From contig JAXGTM010000001.1 in NCBI GenBank assembly GCA_040774925.1, positions 1 through 39,113 on the forward strand: a stretch of DNA of 39,113 nt, written 5' to 3'. The position numbers were made by a program, and so were the translations under genes. Below, piece after piece: positions 10,665-19,498 of this stretch. Origin of the DNA: Atribacterota bacterium. GTDB lineage: Bacteria; Atribacterota; Phoenicimicrobiia; Phoenicimicrobiales; Stramentimicrobiaceae. Position 1 is the first letter of the stretch. Every line of letters starts with the position of its first letter. A model generated the notes under the pieces. That model was not told the DNA's origin, made no database searches, and saw only the letters and a list, made by a program, of their open reading frames with translations.

Positions 10665-10777
10665 GTTGATAATCTATTATATATACCGGTCAGATTGGCT
10701 GCAGAAAAAGGAAAGCAACTGCAAGCTTTATGAATATTCAGGAAATATTGTCAGGAGAAAGGATTGTTAGTAGAGTT

Positions 10778-12727
10778 ATGGACAAAAATAAAGTATTTTA
10801 TATTACTACCCCGATCTATTATGTCAACGATGTTCCCCATATAGGGCATGCCTACACTACCATAGCAGCAGATACAATGGCTAGATATAAAAGGTTAAGA
10901 GGGTTTGATGTTCTCTTTGCTACCGGTACTGATGAGCACGGACAAAAGATTGCTAAATCTGCTGCTCAGCTGGGAATGACTCCACAGGAGCTGGCGGATA
11001 AAGTTGTAGTAAAATTTCAAGATCTTTGGAAAATTTTAGATATTAACCCAGATGATTTTATTAGGACTACCGAAAAACGGCATGAAGTGGTAGTACAGAA
11101 CATATTTAGTTTATTATATGAAAAGGGAGATATCTATAAAGGAGAATATGAAGGATGGTATTGTGTTCCCTGTGAAACATTCTGGCCTGAAAGTCAGATA
11201 GAAAAAGACATATGCCCCGATTGCGGCAGACCAGTTGAAAAGTTTAAAGAAGAAACATATTTTTTCCGGATGAGCAAATATCAGGAAAGGCTTTTGGAAC
11301 ACATTAAATCTCATCCTGATTGTATCAAACCTGAATCCCGGAAAAATGAAATTGTCAGTTTTATTAAGCAAGGATTAAGAGATCAGAGTGTAACCAGAAT
11401 AAAATCAAGTCTCAATTGGGGAATAGATGTCCCCTTTGATGACAACCATGTTGTTTATGTCTGGTTCGATGCTCTTATCAATTATCTTACCATTGCCGGT
11501 TATGGAATTGACGAGAAAAAGTTCAACAAATACTGGCCAGAGGTAGTACATCTTATTGGCAAAGATATACTGAGATTTCATACAATTATATGGTTTACCA
11601 TGCTGATGGCTGCCGACCTCACTCCACCCAGGATGGTCTTTTCCCATGGATGGTGGACGAGTGAAGGAGAAAAGATGTCTAAATCCAAAGGTAATGTTAT
11701 TGACCCTTATCAGGTAGCAGGAGAATTCGGTACAGATGCTTTTCGTTATTTCCTGTTAAGGGAGCTTTCTTTTGGTCAGGACGGAAATTTCTCACGTCAG
11801 TTATTAGTTAAGCGTATTAACTATGACCTTGCCAATGACCTTGGTAATCTTCTCAGTAGGACGGTTGCCATGACAATTAAATATTTTGATGGAAAGATTC
11901 CTTTGTCACCAGAAGGTAGTGAACATTTTGAGAAAGAACTGCAGTCTACTGCTGCCGAAACAGTTAAGCAAATGGTTGAGAATATGGACCAGTTTTCTTT
12001 CAACCTTGCTTTGGAAAATATCTGGACTCTGATAAAAAGGACCAATAAATATGTAGATGAGACTGAACCATGGATACTGGGCAGAGATAAAAATAAAAAG
12101 AAAAGATTGGAAGAAGTTATTTATCATCTATGCGAGTCTCTTAGGATAACAGCAATTTTACTATATCCTTTTATGCCCTCTACTTCGGTTAAAATTTGGA
12201 AACAACTGGGTATAGAAGATGATATTGAGAAAATGTCTATCCCTGAAGACACGAGCTGGGGCAGAATGAAGGCAGACATTATTGTAAAAGAGAATAAAAG
12301 TCTATTTCCAAGAATTGACGAGAAAACTACTGGTATTACCGATCGCAATATTTCCAATAAATTAGATTGTGTTGAAAAAAAGAAAGTGGCTGAACCTCAG
12401 AAACCGATTATCTCTATTTCAGAATTTCAAAAAATAGACCTGAGAGTGGGTAGAGTTATTTCAGCAGAAAAAGTAGAAGGTGCAAGTAAGCTTTTAAAGA
12501 TGTGCGTAGATTTTGAAAATGAGCAAAGAACTCTGGTTGCCGGAATAAAGGAGTTCTATAATCCAGAAGAAGTCGTAGGGAAAAACATTGTTGTGGTTTA
12601 TAATCTTGCTCCCGCTAAGATAAGAGGAATTGAATCACAGGGAATGCTGCTTGCTGCTTCCAATGAAGAGGGTGTCGTTCTATTAACTACCGACCAGGAT
12701 ATATCTCCAGGTAGTAAAATTAGATAG
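10778..12727 (+). CDS. metG: Methionine--tRNA ligase with C-terminal tRNA-binding (Trbp111/EMAP-like) domain
   Basis: Start set at MDKNKVFYITTPIYYVNDVPHIGH (HIGH motif); the ORF-track start at 10730 adds 16 non-conserved residues. KMSKS present, Zn knuckle CVPC...CPDC, C-terminal domain DLRVGRV...VAGI. Confidence 0.95.
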   Translation: MDKNKVFYITTPIYYVNDVPHIGHAYTTIAADTMARYKRLRGFDVLFATGTDEHGQKIAKSAAQLGMTPQELADKVVVKFQDLWKILDINPDDFIRTTEKRHEVVVQNIFSLLYEKGDIYKGEYEGWYCVPCETFWPESQIEKDICPDCGRPVEKFKEETYFFRMSKYQERLLEHIKSHPDCIKPESRKNEIVSFIKQGLRDQSVTRIKSSLNWGIDVPFDDNHVVYVWFDALINYLTIAGYGIDEKKFNKYWPEVVHLIGKDILRFHTIIWFTMLMAADLTPPRMVFSHGWWTSEGEKMSKSKGNVIDPYQVAGEFGTDAFRYFLLRELSFGQDGNFSRQLLVKRINYDLANDLGNLLSRTVAMTIKYFDGKIPLSPEGSEHFEKELQSTAAETVKQMVENMDQFSFNLALENIWTLIKRTNKYVDETEPWILGRDKNKKKRLEEVIYHLCESLRITAILLYPFMPSTSVKIWKQLGIEDDIEKMSIPEDTSWGRMKADIIVKENKSLFPRIDEKTTGITDRNISNKLDCVEKKKVAEPQKPIISISEFQKIDLRVGRVISAEKVEGASKLLKMCVDFENEQRTLVAGIKEFYNPEEVVGKNIVVVYNLAPAKIRGIESQGMLLAASNEEGVVLLTTDQDISPGSKIR

Positions 12728-12787
12728 AACTATAAAGATTGATACCCATAAATATAGTATAATATAAAGTATAAAAAGGAAAATATT

Positions 12788-13696
12788 ATGAGTATTAATA
12801 ACAAACAGAGTGAACCCATAAATGAATTTGAAGGAAAACTTAAGAAGGGTTCTATTGTTGAAAAAAGTCTTAACAGAATGGTGATGGTTTTTTTGATACT
12901 GATGGTTTTACTGTCAGTGTACAGTATAAAGCAATATGAACAGCTTTATCAGAATTTTGTCAATTTGAATCAATCCTATACCGATTTACAGATAGAAAAT
13001 AAAGTCTTTAAAGAGACGGTAGAAAAACAGAATCTTAAACTGGATGACCTTAATACAAAGATTGATAAATTTTTAATAGACAAAATTAGTAAAAATCAAT
13101 TTAACGAAGTATATGTGCAGATTAGAGAATTGACCGGCATGATATCTGAAGAAAAAAAAAGAGAGTATTATCTTAACCGCATAGCCAACATTGTCTCTAA
13201 TAATAAACAGCTTGATGGAGAAACGGTCTACGAGATAGCAAAAAATATCTACGAGATTTCACTAAAATATAAATTCAACCCATTTTTAATCTGTGCATTG
13301 ATAAAAGTAGAAAGTGATTTTAAAACAGATTCTATATCTGATTCAAATGCGTATGGTTTATGTCAGGTCAGCCGGCTATTAGCAAAAGAACTGGCGAAAA
13401 ATCTGGGCATAGAATGGGATGGTGCTGAAAAGACTCTTTTTTGTCCTGAAAAAAATATCATGATAGGTACGCATTATCTGTCAATGCTTTATAATGATTT
13501 CGGAGAAATTAAATTAGCTTTGACCGCATACAACTATGGCCCGTTCAAGGTTCAAGAACTTATATCGCAAAATAATAATGTTCCTAATGGTTACGCTGAT
13601 AAGATACTGAATTATTATGCAAGATACCGTGGTTTTCCAATTGAAGAAATTGAAGAAATTCTTAGCGGTGACAATGAGGAGTACAGCTTTCTTTAA
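12788..13696 (+). CDS. Membrane-anchored lytic transglycosylase (SLT domain) with coiled-coil linker
   Basis: N-terminal TM segment (MVMVFLILMVLLSVYSI), heptad-like region, then SLT motifs IKVESDF, AYGLCQV, AYNYGP. Confidence 0.75.
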   Translation: MSINNKQSEPINEFEGKLKKGSIVEKSLNRMVMVFLILMVLLSVYSIKQYEQLYQNFVNLNQSYTDLQIENKVFKETVEKQNLKLDDLNTKIDKFLIDKISKNQFNEVYVQIRELTGMISEEKKREYYLNRIANIVSNNKQLDGETVYEIAKNIYEISLKYKFNPFLICALIKVESDFKTDSISDSNAYGLCQVSRLLAKELAKNLGIEWDGAEKTLFCPEKNIMIGTHYLSMLYNDFGEIKLALTAYNYGPFKVQELISQNNNVPNGYADKILNYYARYRGFPIEEIEEILSGDNEEYSFL

Positions 13697-13762
13697 AACT
13701 ATAGACTAAATCAGGAATAATATTAATAAATAATACCTATTAAATAAGAGGGGGCGGATAAA

Positions 13763-14956
13763 TTGGAAAAAAATTACCTGTTTACTTCTGAATCTGTTAC
13801 TGAAGGACATCCTGATAAGATTGCAGACCAGATTTCTGATGCAATATTGGATGATTTGTACAGACAGGATTTAGAGTCCAGAGTGGCTGTCGAGACACTC
13901 GTTGCAACCGGTTTGGTCCTTGTTGCTGGACAAATTACCACTGATGGATATGTCAATATACCAAAAATTGTACGGGACACCGTAAGGGAAATTGGTTATA
14001 CCAGAGCGAAATATGGGTTCGATTGTGATACCTGTGCAGTACTGACAACTATTGAAGAGCAGTCTAAGGATATCGCTCAAGGAGTCAATATGGCCTGGGA
14101 AGTTCGCGAAGAAAAAAATGAGCCCGAAAAGGACGTTGTTTCTTCTACCGGCGCAGGTGATCAGGGTATGATGTTCGGTTATGCCTGTCGTGAAACATCA
14201 GAACTAATGCCTTTACCAATTTCCTTAGCACATAAATTGACCTATCGCCTGGCAGAAGTCAGAAAAGAAAAAATACTGCCATATTTAAGACCTGATGGAA
14301 AATCTCAGGTAACAGTTCAGTATGTGAACGGTATTCCTCAAAGAGTTGAGGCAATCGTTATTGCTGCGCAGCATCATCCCAAAGTTGGGGTAGACACTCT
14401 GCGTAATGAAATTAAGGAGAATGTCATTAAAGCAGTTATTCCTGAAAGATATCTTGATGAAAATACAAAAATATTCATCAACTCTACCGGCAGATTTGTT
14501 ATTGGCGGACCGCAGGCAGACACAGGACTTACAGGAAGAAAGATAATTGTAGATACCTACGGAGGTGTAGGAAGTCATGGCGGTGGATGTTTCTCCGGCA
14601 AAGATCCTACCAAAGTAGACCGTTCCGGCAGCTATATTGCTAGATATATTGCAAAAAACATTGTTGCCTCTGGAATTGCTGACAAATGTGAAATACAAAT
14701 CGCTTACGCTATTGGTGTGGCAAATCCTGTTTCCATTATGATTGATACTTATGATACAGAAAAGATTCCTCATGAAAAAATTATTAAATTGATAAATAAA
14801 AATTTTGACTTAAGACCGGCAGCAATAATAGAAGAACTTAAATTAAAAAGACCTATTTATAAAAAGACAGCATCCTACGGACATTTCGGACGTGAATTAG
14901 ATGAATTTACCTGGGAAAAAGTAGATAAAGCTGATATTTTAAGAAAAGAACTGTAA
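13763..14956 (+). CDS. metK: S-adenosylmethionine synthetase
   Basis: TTG start after [36 protein letters not shown] motifs over the full length. Confidence 0.97.
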   Translation: MEKNYLFTSESVTEGHPDKIADQISDAILDDLYRQDLESRVAVETLVATGLVLVAGQITTDGYVNIPKIVRDTVREIGYTRAKYGFDCDTCAVLTTIEEQSKDIAQGVNMAWEVREEKNEPEKDVVSSTGAGDQGMMFGYACRETSELMPLPISLAHKLTYRLAEVRKEKILPYLRPDGKSQVTVQYVNGIPQRVEAIVIAAQHHPKVGVDTLRNEIKENVIKAVIPERYLDENTKIFINSTGRFVIGGPQADTGLTGRKIIVDTYGGVGSHGGGCFSGKDPTKVDRSGSYIARYIAKNIVASGIADKCEIQIAYAIGVANPVSIMIDTYDTEKIPHEKIIKLINKNFDLRPAAIIEELKLKRPIYKKTASYGHFGRELDEFTWEKVDKADILRKEL

Positions 14957-15039
14957 TAATTGATAAATAAGATAATGTAAAAATATCAATTGTCTTATGT
15001 TCCTCTTCACAAAAAATAATACAAGAAAGAGGTATAATA

Positions 15040-16086
15040 ATGAACATTACAGAACTACTCAATATTACCAGTGAAATGGGTGCATCGGATTTACACCTGA
15101 CTGTTGGTGTGCCACCTACTTTAAGAATCAATGGTCTGCTTAATAAATTAGATTATCCAGATTTAAGTGAAGATGATGTCTTTGAAATGATCTATAGTTT
15201 ATTGAGCGAAGAACACCGTAAGAAATTTGTAGAATTAAAAGAAATAGATTTTTCTTTGGAAATCGTTAATGGTTCTCGCTTCAGAGTAAATGTTTTTATG
15301 CACAGACGTGGTATAGCAGGTGCATTTCGTTTAATTCCGGAAAAGATAAAATCCCTGGAAGAATTAGGTTTACCCTTAAGATTGGCTGATTTTACCAGAA
15401 AACCTAAAGGACTAGTTCTAATTACCGGACCAACCGGAAGCGGAAAATCAACCACTATTGCCAGTCTCATTGATATTATTAATGAAAACCAAAAACTTCA
15501 TATTATAACAATAGAAGACCCCATTGAGTTCATTCATAAACATAAAAGCTGTATTATTGACCAGCGTGAAGTCGGTGTACATACCAGGTCTTTTTCTTAT
15601 GCTTTAAGAAGTGCCCTGAGAGAAGACCCGGATATTATCATGGTTGGAGAGATGAGGGATCTTGAAACAATATCTATGGCAGTAACGGCTGCAGAAACAG
15701 GACATTTAGTATTTTCAACACTCCACACAAACAGTGCTGCTGAAACTGTCGAACGAATTATTGACGTATTTCCATCACATCAGCAGCGACAGGTTCGCAT
15801 TCAGCTTGCTGAATCTCTGCAGGGAGTTGTTACACAGACTTTACTTCCCAGCATTGACGAGAGTAAAAGATATCCCGCAATAGAGATAATGTTTGCCACA
15901 CCCGCTATTAAGAATATTATACGTGAGGAACGTATCCATATGATACCCACAACCATTCAAAGCTCTCAGCAGTTTGGCATGCAGACACTTGACCAGTCTA
16001 TCAGACAGCTGTATCTTAATCACATGATAGATAGAGAAACTGCCTTATCCAAAGCAAATGATCCTAAATTTGTAGTTCCACATTGA
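15040..16086 (+). CDS. pilT: Type IV pilus retraction ATPase PilT, paralogue 1
   Basis: Walker A GPTGSGKST, Walker B IIMVGEMRD, His box GHLVFSTLHTN, PilT signature AIKNIIRE. About 348 aa. Confidence 0.9.
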   Translation: MNITELLNITSEMGASDLHLTVGVPPTLRINGLLNKLDYPDLSEDDVFEMIYSLLSEEHRKKFVELKEIDFSLEIVNGSRFRVNVFMHRRGIAGAFRLIPEKIKSLEELGLPLRLADFTRKPKGLVLITGPTGSGKSTTIASLIDIINENQKLHIITIEDPIEFIHKHKSCIIDQREVGVHTRSFSYALRSALREDPDIIMVGEMRDLETISMAVTAAETGHLVFSTLHTNSAAETVERIIDVFPSHQQRQVRIQLAESLQGVVTQTLLPSIDESKRYPAIEIMFATPAIKNIIREERIHMIPTTIQSSQQFGMQTLDQSIRQLYLNHMIDRETALSKANDPKFVVPH

Positions 16087-16167
16087 TTAATTATCATTTA
16101 TTTAATAATTTTATATTTATCGTAAGCTAATAACAATCAAAGACAGAAAGATATTCAGGGGTAAATT

Positions 16168-16623
16168 ATGATTGAGAACAAAAGAAAAAGACTCGGAGAG
16201 TTATTATTCGAATATGGAATAATAACCGGAGAGGAATTAGTAAGAGCATTAGAAGAACAGAATATCAAAAATAAAAGAATTGGACAGATACTGCTCGAAT
16301 TGAAACTCGTAACACAGGATCAGATTAATTGGGTTTTAAGCAAACAATTAGACATCCCTTATATACAGATTGATACTGCACAGCTTGATATAGAGCTACT
16401 AAAAAGATTTCCTGACTATCTAATAAAAAATTACTATGTTATTCCTTTGTTAGAAATAAATGATACTCTGGCTTTAGCTATGAGTGACCCTACTGATGAG
16501 GAAGCCATTAAGAAAATTAAGTCTTTTTATAACAGAGATATAGAAGTATCACTGGCTTCCTTCAGAAATATTTTTGAAATTATTCAATACATTGAGAAAG
16601 AATTTCCACATATCTGGGAATAA
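16168..16623 (+). CDS. Stand-alone MshEN / GspE-N-terminal (T2SSE_N) domain protein, no ATPase domain
   Basis: Residues 8-60 give two 24-residue MshEN-type motifs (RLGELLFEYGIITGEELVRALEEQ, 5-residue spacer NIKNK, RIGQILLELKLVTQDQINWVLSKQ). They are followed by a T2SSE_N-like segment (LDIPYIQID...YYVIPLLEINDTLALAMSDPTDEEAIKKI). The protein ends at 151 aa. Confidence 0.75.
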   Translation: MIENKRKRLGELLFEYGIITGEELVRALEEQNIKNKRIGQILLELKLVTQDQINWVLSKQLDIPYIQIDTAQLDIELLKRFPDYLIKNYYVIPLLEINDTLALAMSDPTDEEAIKKIKSFYNRDIEVSLASFRNIFEIIQYIEKEFPHIWE

Positions 16624-16682
16624 AATAACCATTTACAGCTATTTACGTAATACTATTTTATTGCAGGAGTTGAGGTATAGAG

Positions 16683-17741
16683 ATGGATTTAACAATACAG
16701 GAAGTTTTGAGAAAAGCCAGGGAAATGGGGGCATCAGATGTCCATTTTAATGTTGGTATTCCACCGGTTTTCCGTTTAAATGGCAAATTAATAAAAAGTG
16801 ACTACCCCCTTTTAGATGCAGAGGGTGTACATAAGATTATTTACAGTATTTTATCAGATAAGCAGAAAGAGATGTTTGAAAAAGATAGACAGTTGGATTT
16901 TGCTTATGAGATACCAGGAGTGTCACGATTTAGAATAAACATTTTCCGTCATAGACTCGGGGAAGCGGCGGCAATAAGATTAATACCGACAAAAATAATG
17001 ACAATTGAACAGCTCGGGCTACCGGATATTATCCGTACCTTAGCAGAACATACCAGAGGGATTGTCCTTGTTACAGGACCAACCGGAAGTGGCAAATCAA
17101 CTACTCTGGCGGCACTTATAGATATAATTAACAGAACCCGTTATGAGCATATCATATCAATAGAAGACCCTATTGAATATATCCATTTTCACAAAAATTG
17201 TGTTATCTCACAAAGAGAAATAGGAGACCACACAGACTCTTTTGCCAGCGCTCTAAGGGTTGCTCTTAGAGAAGACCCTGATGTTATACTGGTTGGAGAG
17301 ATGAGGGACCTTGAAACTATCTCTATGGCTTTAAGGGCTGCGGAAACCGGACACCTTGTATTTTCAACACTTCACACAAACAGCGCTGCCGAAACCATTG
17401 AACGAATTGTTAATGCTTTTCCAGCGCATCAACAGGCGCAGGCAAGACTGCAGGTAGCAGGGACTATTGAGGCGGTCATTGCACAGACTCTTATTCCAAC
17501 TGCTGATGGTCAGGGCAGGGTAGCAGCAGCCGAACTGATGCTTGCTACCCCTGCAATACGTAATCTCATAAGAGATGAGAAAATATACCAAATTCCATCA
17601 AGTATTCAGATTAGTAGAAAAATTGGCATGCAGAGTCTTGATCAATCATTAAAAGATTTACTGATGGCAGGAAAAATTACCAGAGATGATGCTGTTAAAA
17701 GAGCAATAAATAAAAAGGCTTTTCTTGACTATTTAGAATAA
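16683..17741 (+). CDS. pilT: Type IV pilus retraction ATPase PilT, paralogue 2
   Basis: Walker A GPTGSGKST, VILVGEMRD, GHLVFSTLHTN, canonical AIRNLIRD(E) signature. About 352 aa. Confidence 0.9.
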   Translation: MDLTIQEVLRKAREMGASDVHFNVGIPPVFRLNGKLIKSDYPLLDAEGVHKIIYSILSDKQKEMFEKDRQLDFAYEIPGVSRFRINIFRHRLGEAAAIRLIPTKIMTIEQLGLPDIIRTLAEHTRGIVLVTGPTGSGKSTTLAALIDIINRTRYEHIISIEDPIEYIHFHKNCVISQREIGDHTDSFASALRVALREDPDVILVGEMRDLETISMALRAAETGHLVFSTLHTNSAAETIERIVNAFPAHQQAQARLQVAGTIEAVIAQTLIPTADGQGRVAAAELMLATPAIRNLIRDEKIYQIPSSIQISRKIGMQSLDQSLKDLLMAGKITRDDAVKRAINKKAFLDYLE

Positions 17742-17835
17742 TATAATATTTTGACTTTATGAACAGGATTGAGTAAAATAACTGCAGTATTTGTTCTTTT
17801 GATATCTTAAAAAAATATGAATCGTTAATAGATTT

Positions 17836-18042
17836 TTAAGGGAAAGTAGATTGCCGGTTATGGTAATTGAACGACATCTCTTAAATAATATCTGGAATAT
17901 TATTTCATAATCTATACGTTACATTGCGTTAATAAAATGAGCGGAATGGAAAGTAAATATCCATTCAATGAGGGTGGCACCACGAGAAGAAATTTTCGTC
18001 CCTGATAGTACTATTATCTATAATAGAACTATCAGGTTTTTT
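17836..18042 (+). promoter_or_regulatory. T-box leader (tRNA-sensing transcription attenuator) upstream of hisS
   Basis: Specifier-loop-like helix: TTAAGGGA (17836-17843) pairs with TCTCTTAA (17877-17884). It encloses AAGUAG on the 5' side and UGAACGACA on the 3' side. Stem II-like hairpin AAATAATAT/ATATTATTT. Stem III GAATGGA/TCCATTC. T-box core AATGAGGGTGGCACCACG (17967-17984). Antiterminator helix ACGAGAA-GAAA-TTTTCGT. Terminator CCTGATAGT (18001-18009) / ACTATCAGG (18028-18036) plus T6 (18037-18042). Confidence 0.85.
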
Positions 18043-18157
18043 GTTTATTATAACCCTAAGAAAAAAACGAAATTTGTGATAACTCTTTTTTAAAATAGCT
18101 TATATTTTAGTGAAACAGTTTCATTTATAGAATAAAACATTTTCAAAGGAGAAAATA

Positions 18158-19438
18158 TTGTTAACAAGTTCACCGAAAGGGACCAACGATATACTTCCCG
18201 TTCAGATAGACCAATGGTACTATCTGGAAGAAGTAATAAAGAAAGTATTGCAAAATTATGGTTACAGAGAGATTAGAACACCTGCTTTTGAGCATATAGA
18301 ATTATTCATCAGAGGCATAGGTGAGGCGACCGATATAGTGAAAAAAGAGATGTTTACTTTTCAGGATCGAAAAGGAAGGAATCTCGCTCTTCGCCCTGAA
18401 GGGACTGCACCTGTTGTCAGAGCCTATCTCGAACATAGTCTCGGCAGAGACAATCCAATAAGTAAATTATTTTATATTGGTAATATGTTTCGCTGTGAAA
18501 AACCACAGGCTGGAAGGTATCGCCAATTTAGCCAGTTCGGTTCAGAGGCTATCGGTTCTTTTTTGCCTGTAATAGATGCCGAAATAATCTCTTCCTGTTT
18601 AGCCGTCTATGAGGAGTTAGGATTATCTAATTTGCAATTGATGTTGAATAGTGTTGGATGTAGAAAATGCAGACCATTATATATAAAGAGTCTAAAAGAA
18701 TATTTTCATGACAAGAGAGATATGCTCTGCGTCGATTGCAAGCAGCGTTATGAAGAAAATCCGTTGAGGATACTTGATTGCAAAAAAGAGAAATGCCGCA
18801 TAGTAATTGACAAATCTCCTTCTATTTTTGACTACTTATGTGAAGAATGTGCTACACATTTTAATGAATTACAAAAATATCTGAATGAATTAGGAATAAG
18901 CTATCAGATTAATCCGCAACTGGTCAGAGGATTGGATTATTATACTAAAACTGCTTTTGAGGTAATATCAGGAGAACTGGGGGCTCAGAATGCCATTGGG
19001 GGAGGCGGAAGATATGATTATCTGGCGGAAGAGCTTGGCGGTAAACCTACTCCGGCTGTTGGATTCGCAGCAGGAATGGAAAGAGTTCTGGAAACAATGG
19101 CAAAACAGGCAATAAAAATACCTGCCTGGAAGGGAATAAATGTCTTTTTAGCTGTGACCGATAAAGAGCAGAGCAGCCTTGCATTGTCTATTGCTAATCA
19201 GATAAGGGAAAAAGGAATATCAGCTGAATTGGATTTCCTTGGTAAAAGTTTGAAGGCACAGATGAGAATGGCAAATAAATTACAGGTGCCATTTGCTGTC
19301 ATTTTAGGACAGGAAGAGTTAAAAAATAATCAAGTAACTATCAAAGATATGCTAAAGGGAACACAGGAAGAGATATACCTGAAAGATATAATCTCATATT
19401 TGCAGAAGCTTATACATAAAGATAATTATAGTAAATAG
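18158..19438 (+). CDS. hisS: Histidine--tRNA ligase
   Basis: AAGGAG RBS then TTG start. PKGTNDILP N-terminus, class II motifs (FRCEKPQAGRYRQF, GGGGRYD), HisRS Cys-rich insertion, C-terminal anticodon-binding domain. Confidence 0.95.
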   Translation: MLTSSPKGTNDILPVQIDQWYYLEEVIKKVLQNYGYREIRTPAFEHIELFIRGIGEATDIVKKEMFTFQDRKGRNLALRPEGTAPVVRAYLEHSLGRDNPISKLFYIGNMFRCEKPQAGRYRQFSQFGSEAIGSFLPVIDAEIISSCLAVYEELGLSNLQLMLNSVGCRKCRPLYIKSLKEYFHDKRDMLCVDCKQRYEENPLRILDCKKEKCRIVIDKSPSIFDYLCEECATHFNELQKYLNELGISYQINPQLVRGLDYYTKTAFEVISGELGAQNAIGGGGRYDYLAEELGGKPTPAVGFAAGMERVLETMAKQAIKIPAWKGINVFLAVTDKEQSSLALSIANQIREKGISAELDFLGKSLKAQMRMANKLQVPFAVILGQEELKNNQVTIKDMLKGTQEEIYLKDIISYLQKLIHKDNYSK

Positions 19439-19498
19439 CAGTAAATATGTTTGCTTAAAGTAATATTTTCCGTTTATAAATAAGGAGGAAATACCCTG

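Noticed and set aside
10730-10777. Upstream ATG start for metG, and the possibility of a T-box leader before metG
   Set aside because: The conserved MetRS N-terminus begins at the second Met (10778). The 113 nt upstream contain no T-box core, specifier helix or terminator. alaS (25-nt gap) and aspS also lack T-box cores.
13697-13762. SAM riboswitch upstream of metK
   Set aside because: The spacer is only 66 nt, with no SAM-I-like helices or terminator. It is too short for the element.
14285-14773. 162-aa minus-strand ORF, and all other minus-strand ORFs in the track (for example 24796-25146, 25701-26039, 32767-33180, 33132-33473, 37796-38095, 38838-39107)
   Set aside because: Each lies entirely antisense to a + strand gene with unmistakable conserved motifs (metK, rpsA, udk, yqeG-like, sigma and others). 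Their translations are low-complexity and Cys/Phe/Ile-rich, as expected for antisense frames of AT-rich genes, and none has an RBS I could find.
17764-17802. Possible terminator after pilT2 (GAACA ... TGTTC followed by TTTTG)
   Set aside because: The stem is only 5 bp around a loop of more than 20 nt. It is too weak to call.
17875-17877. His codon CAU as the T-box specifier, the expectation for a hisS leader
   Set aside because: In the best helix assignment, CAU would straddle the loop/helix boundary (U17877 pairs with A17843) and would be followed by C rather than the conserved purine. The UGGC acceptor-pairing tetramer also predicts a G73 discriminator, unlike canonical bacterial tRNA-His. 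The possibility is kept open in the finding pending covariance-model alignment.
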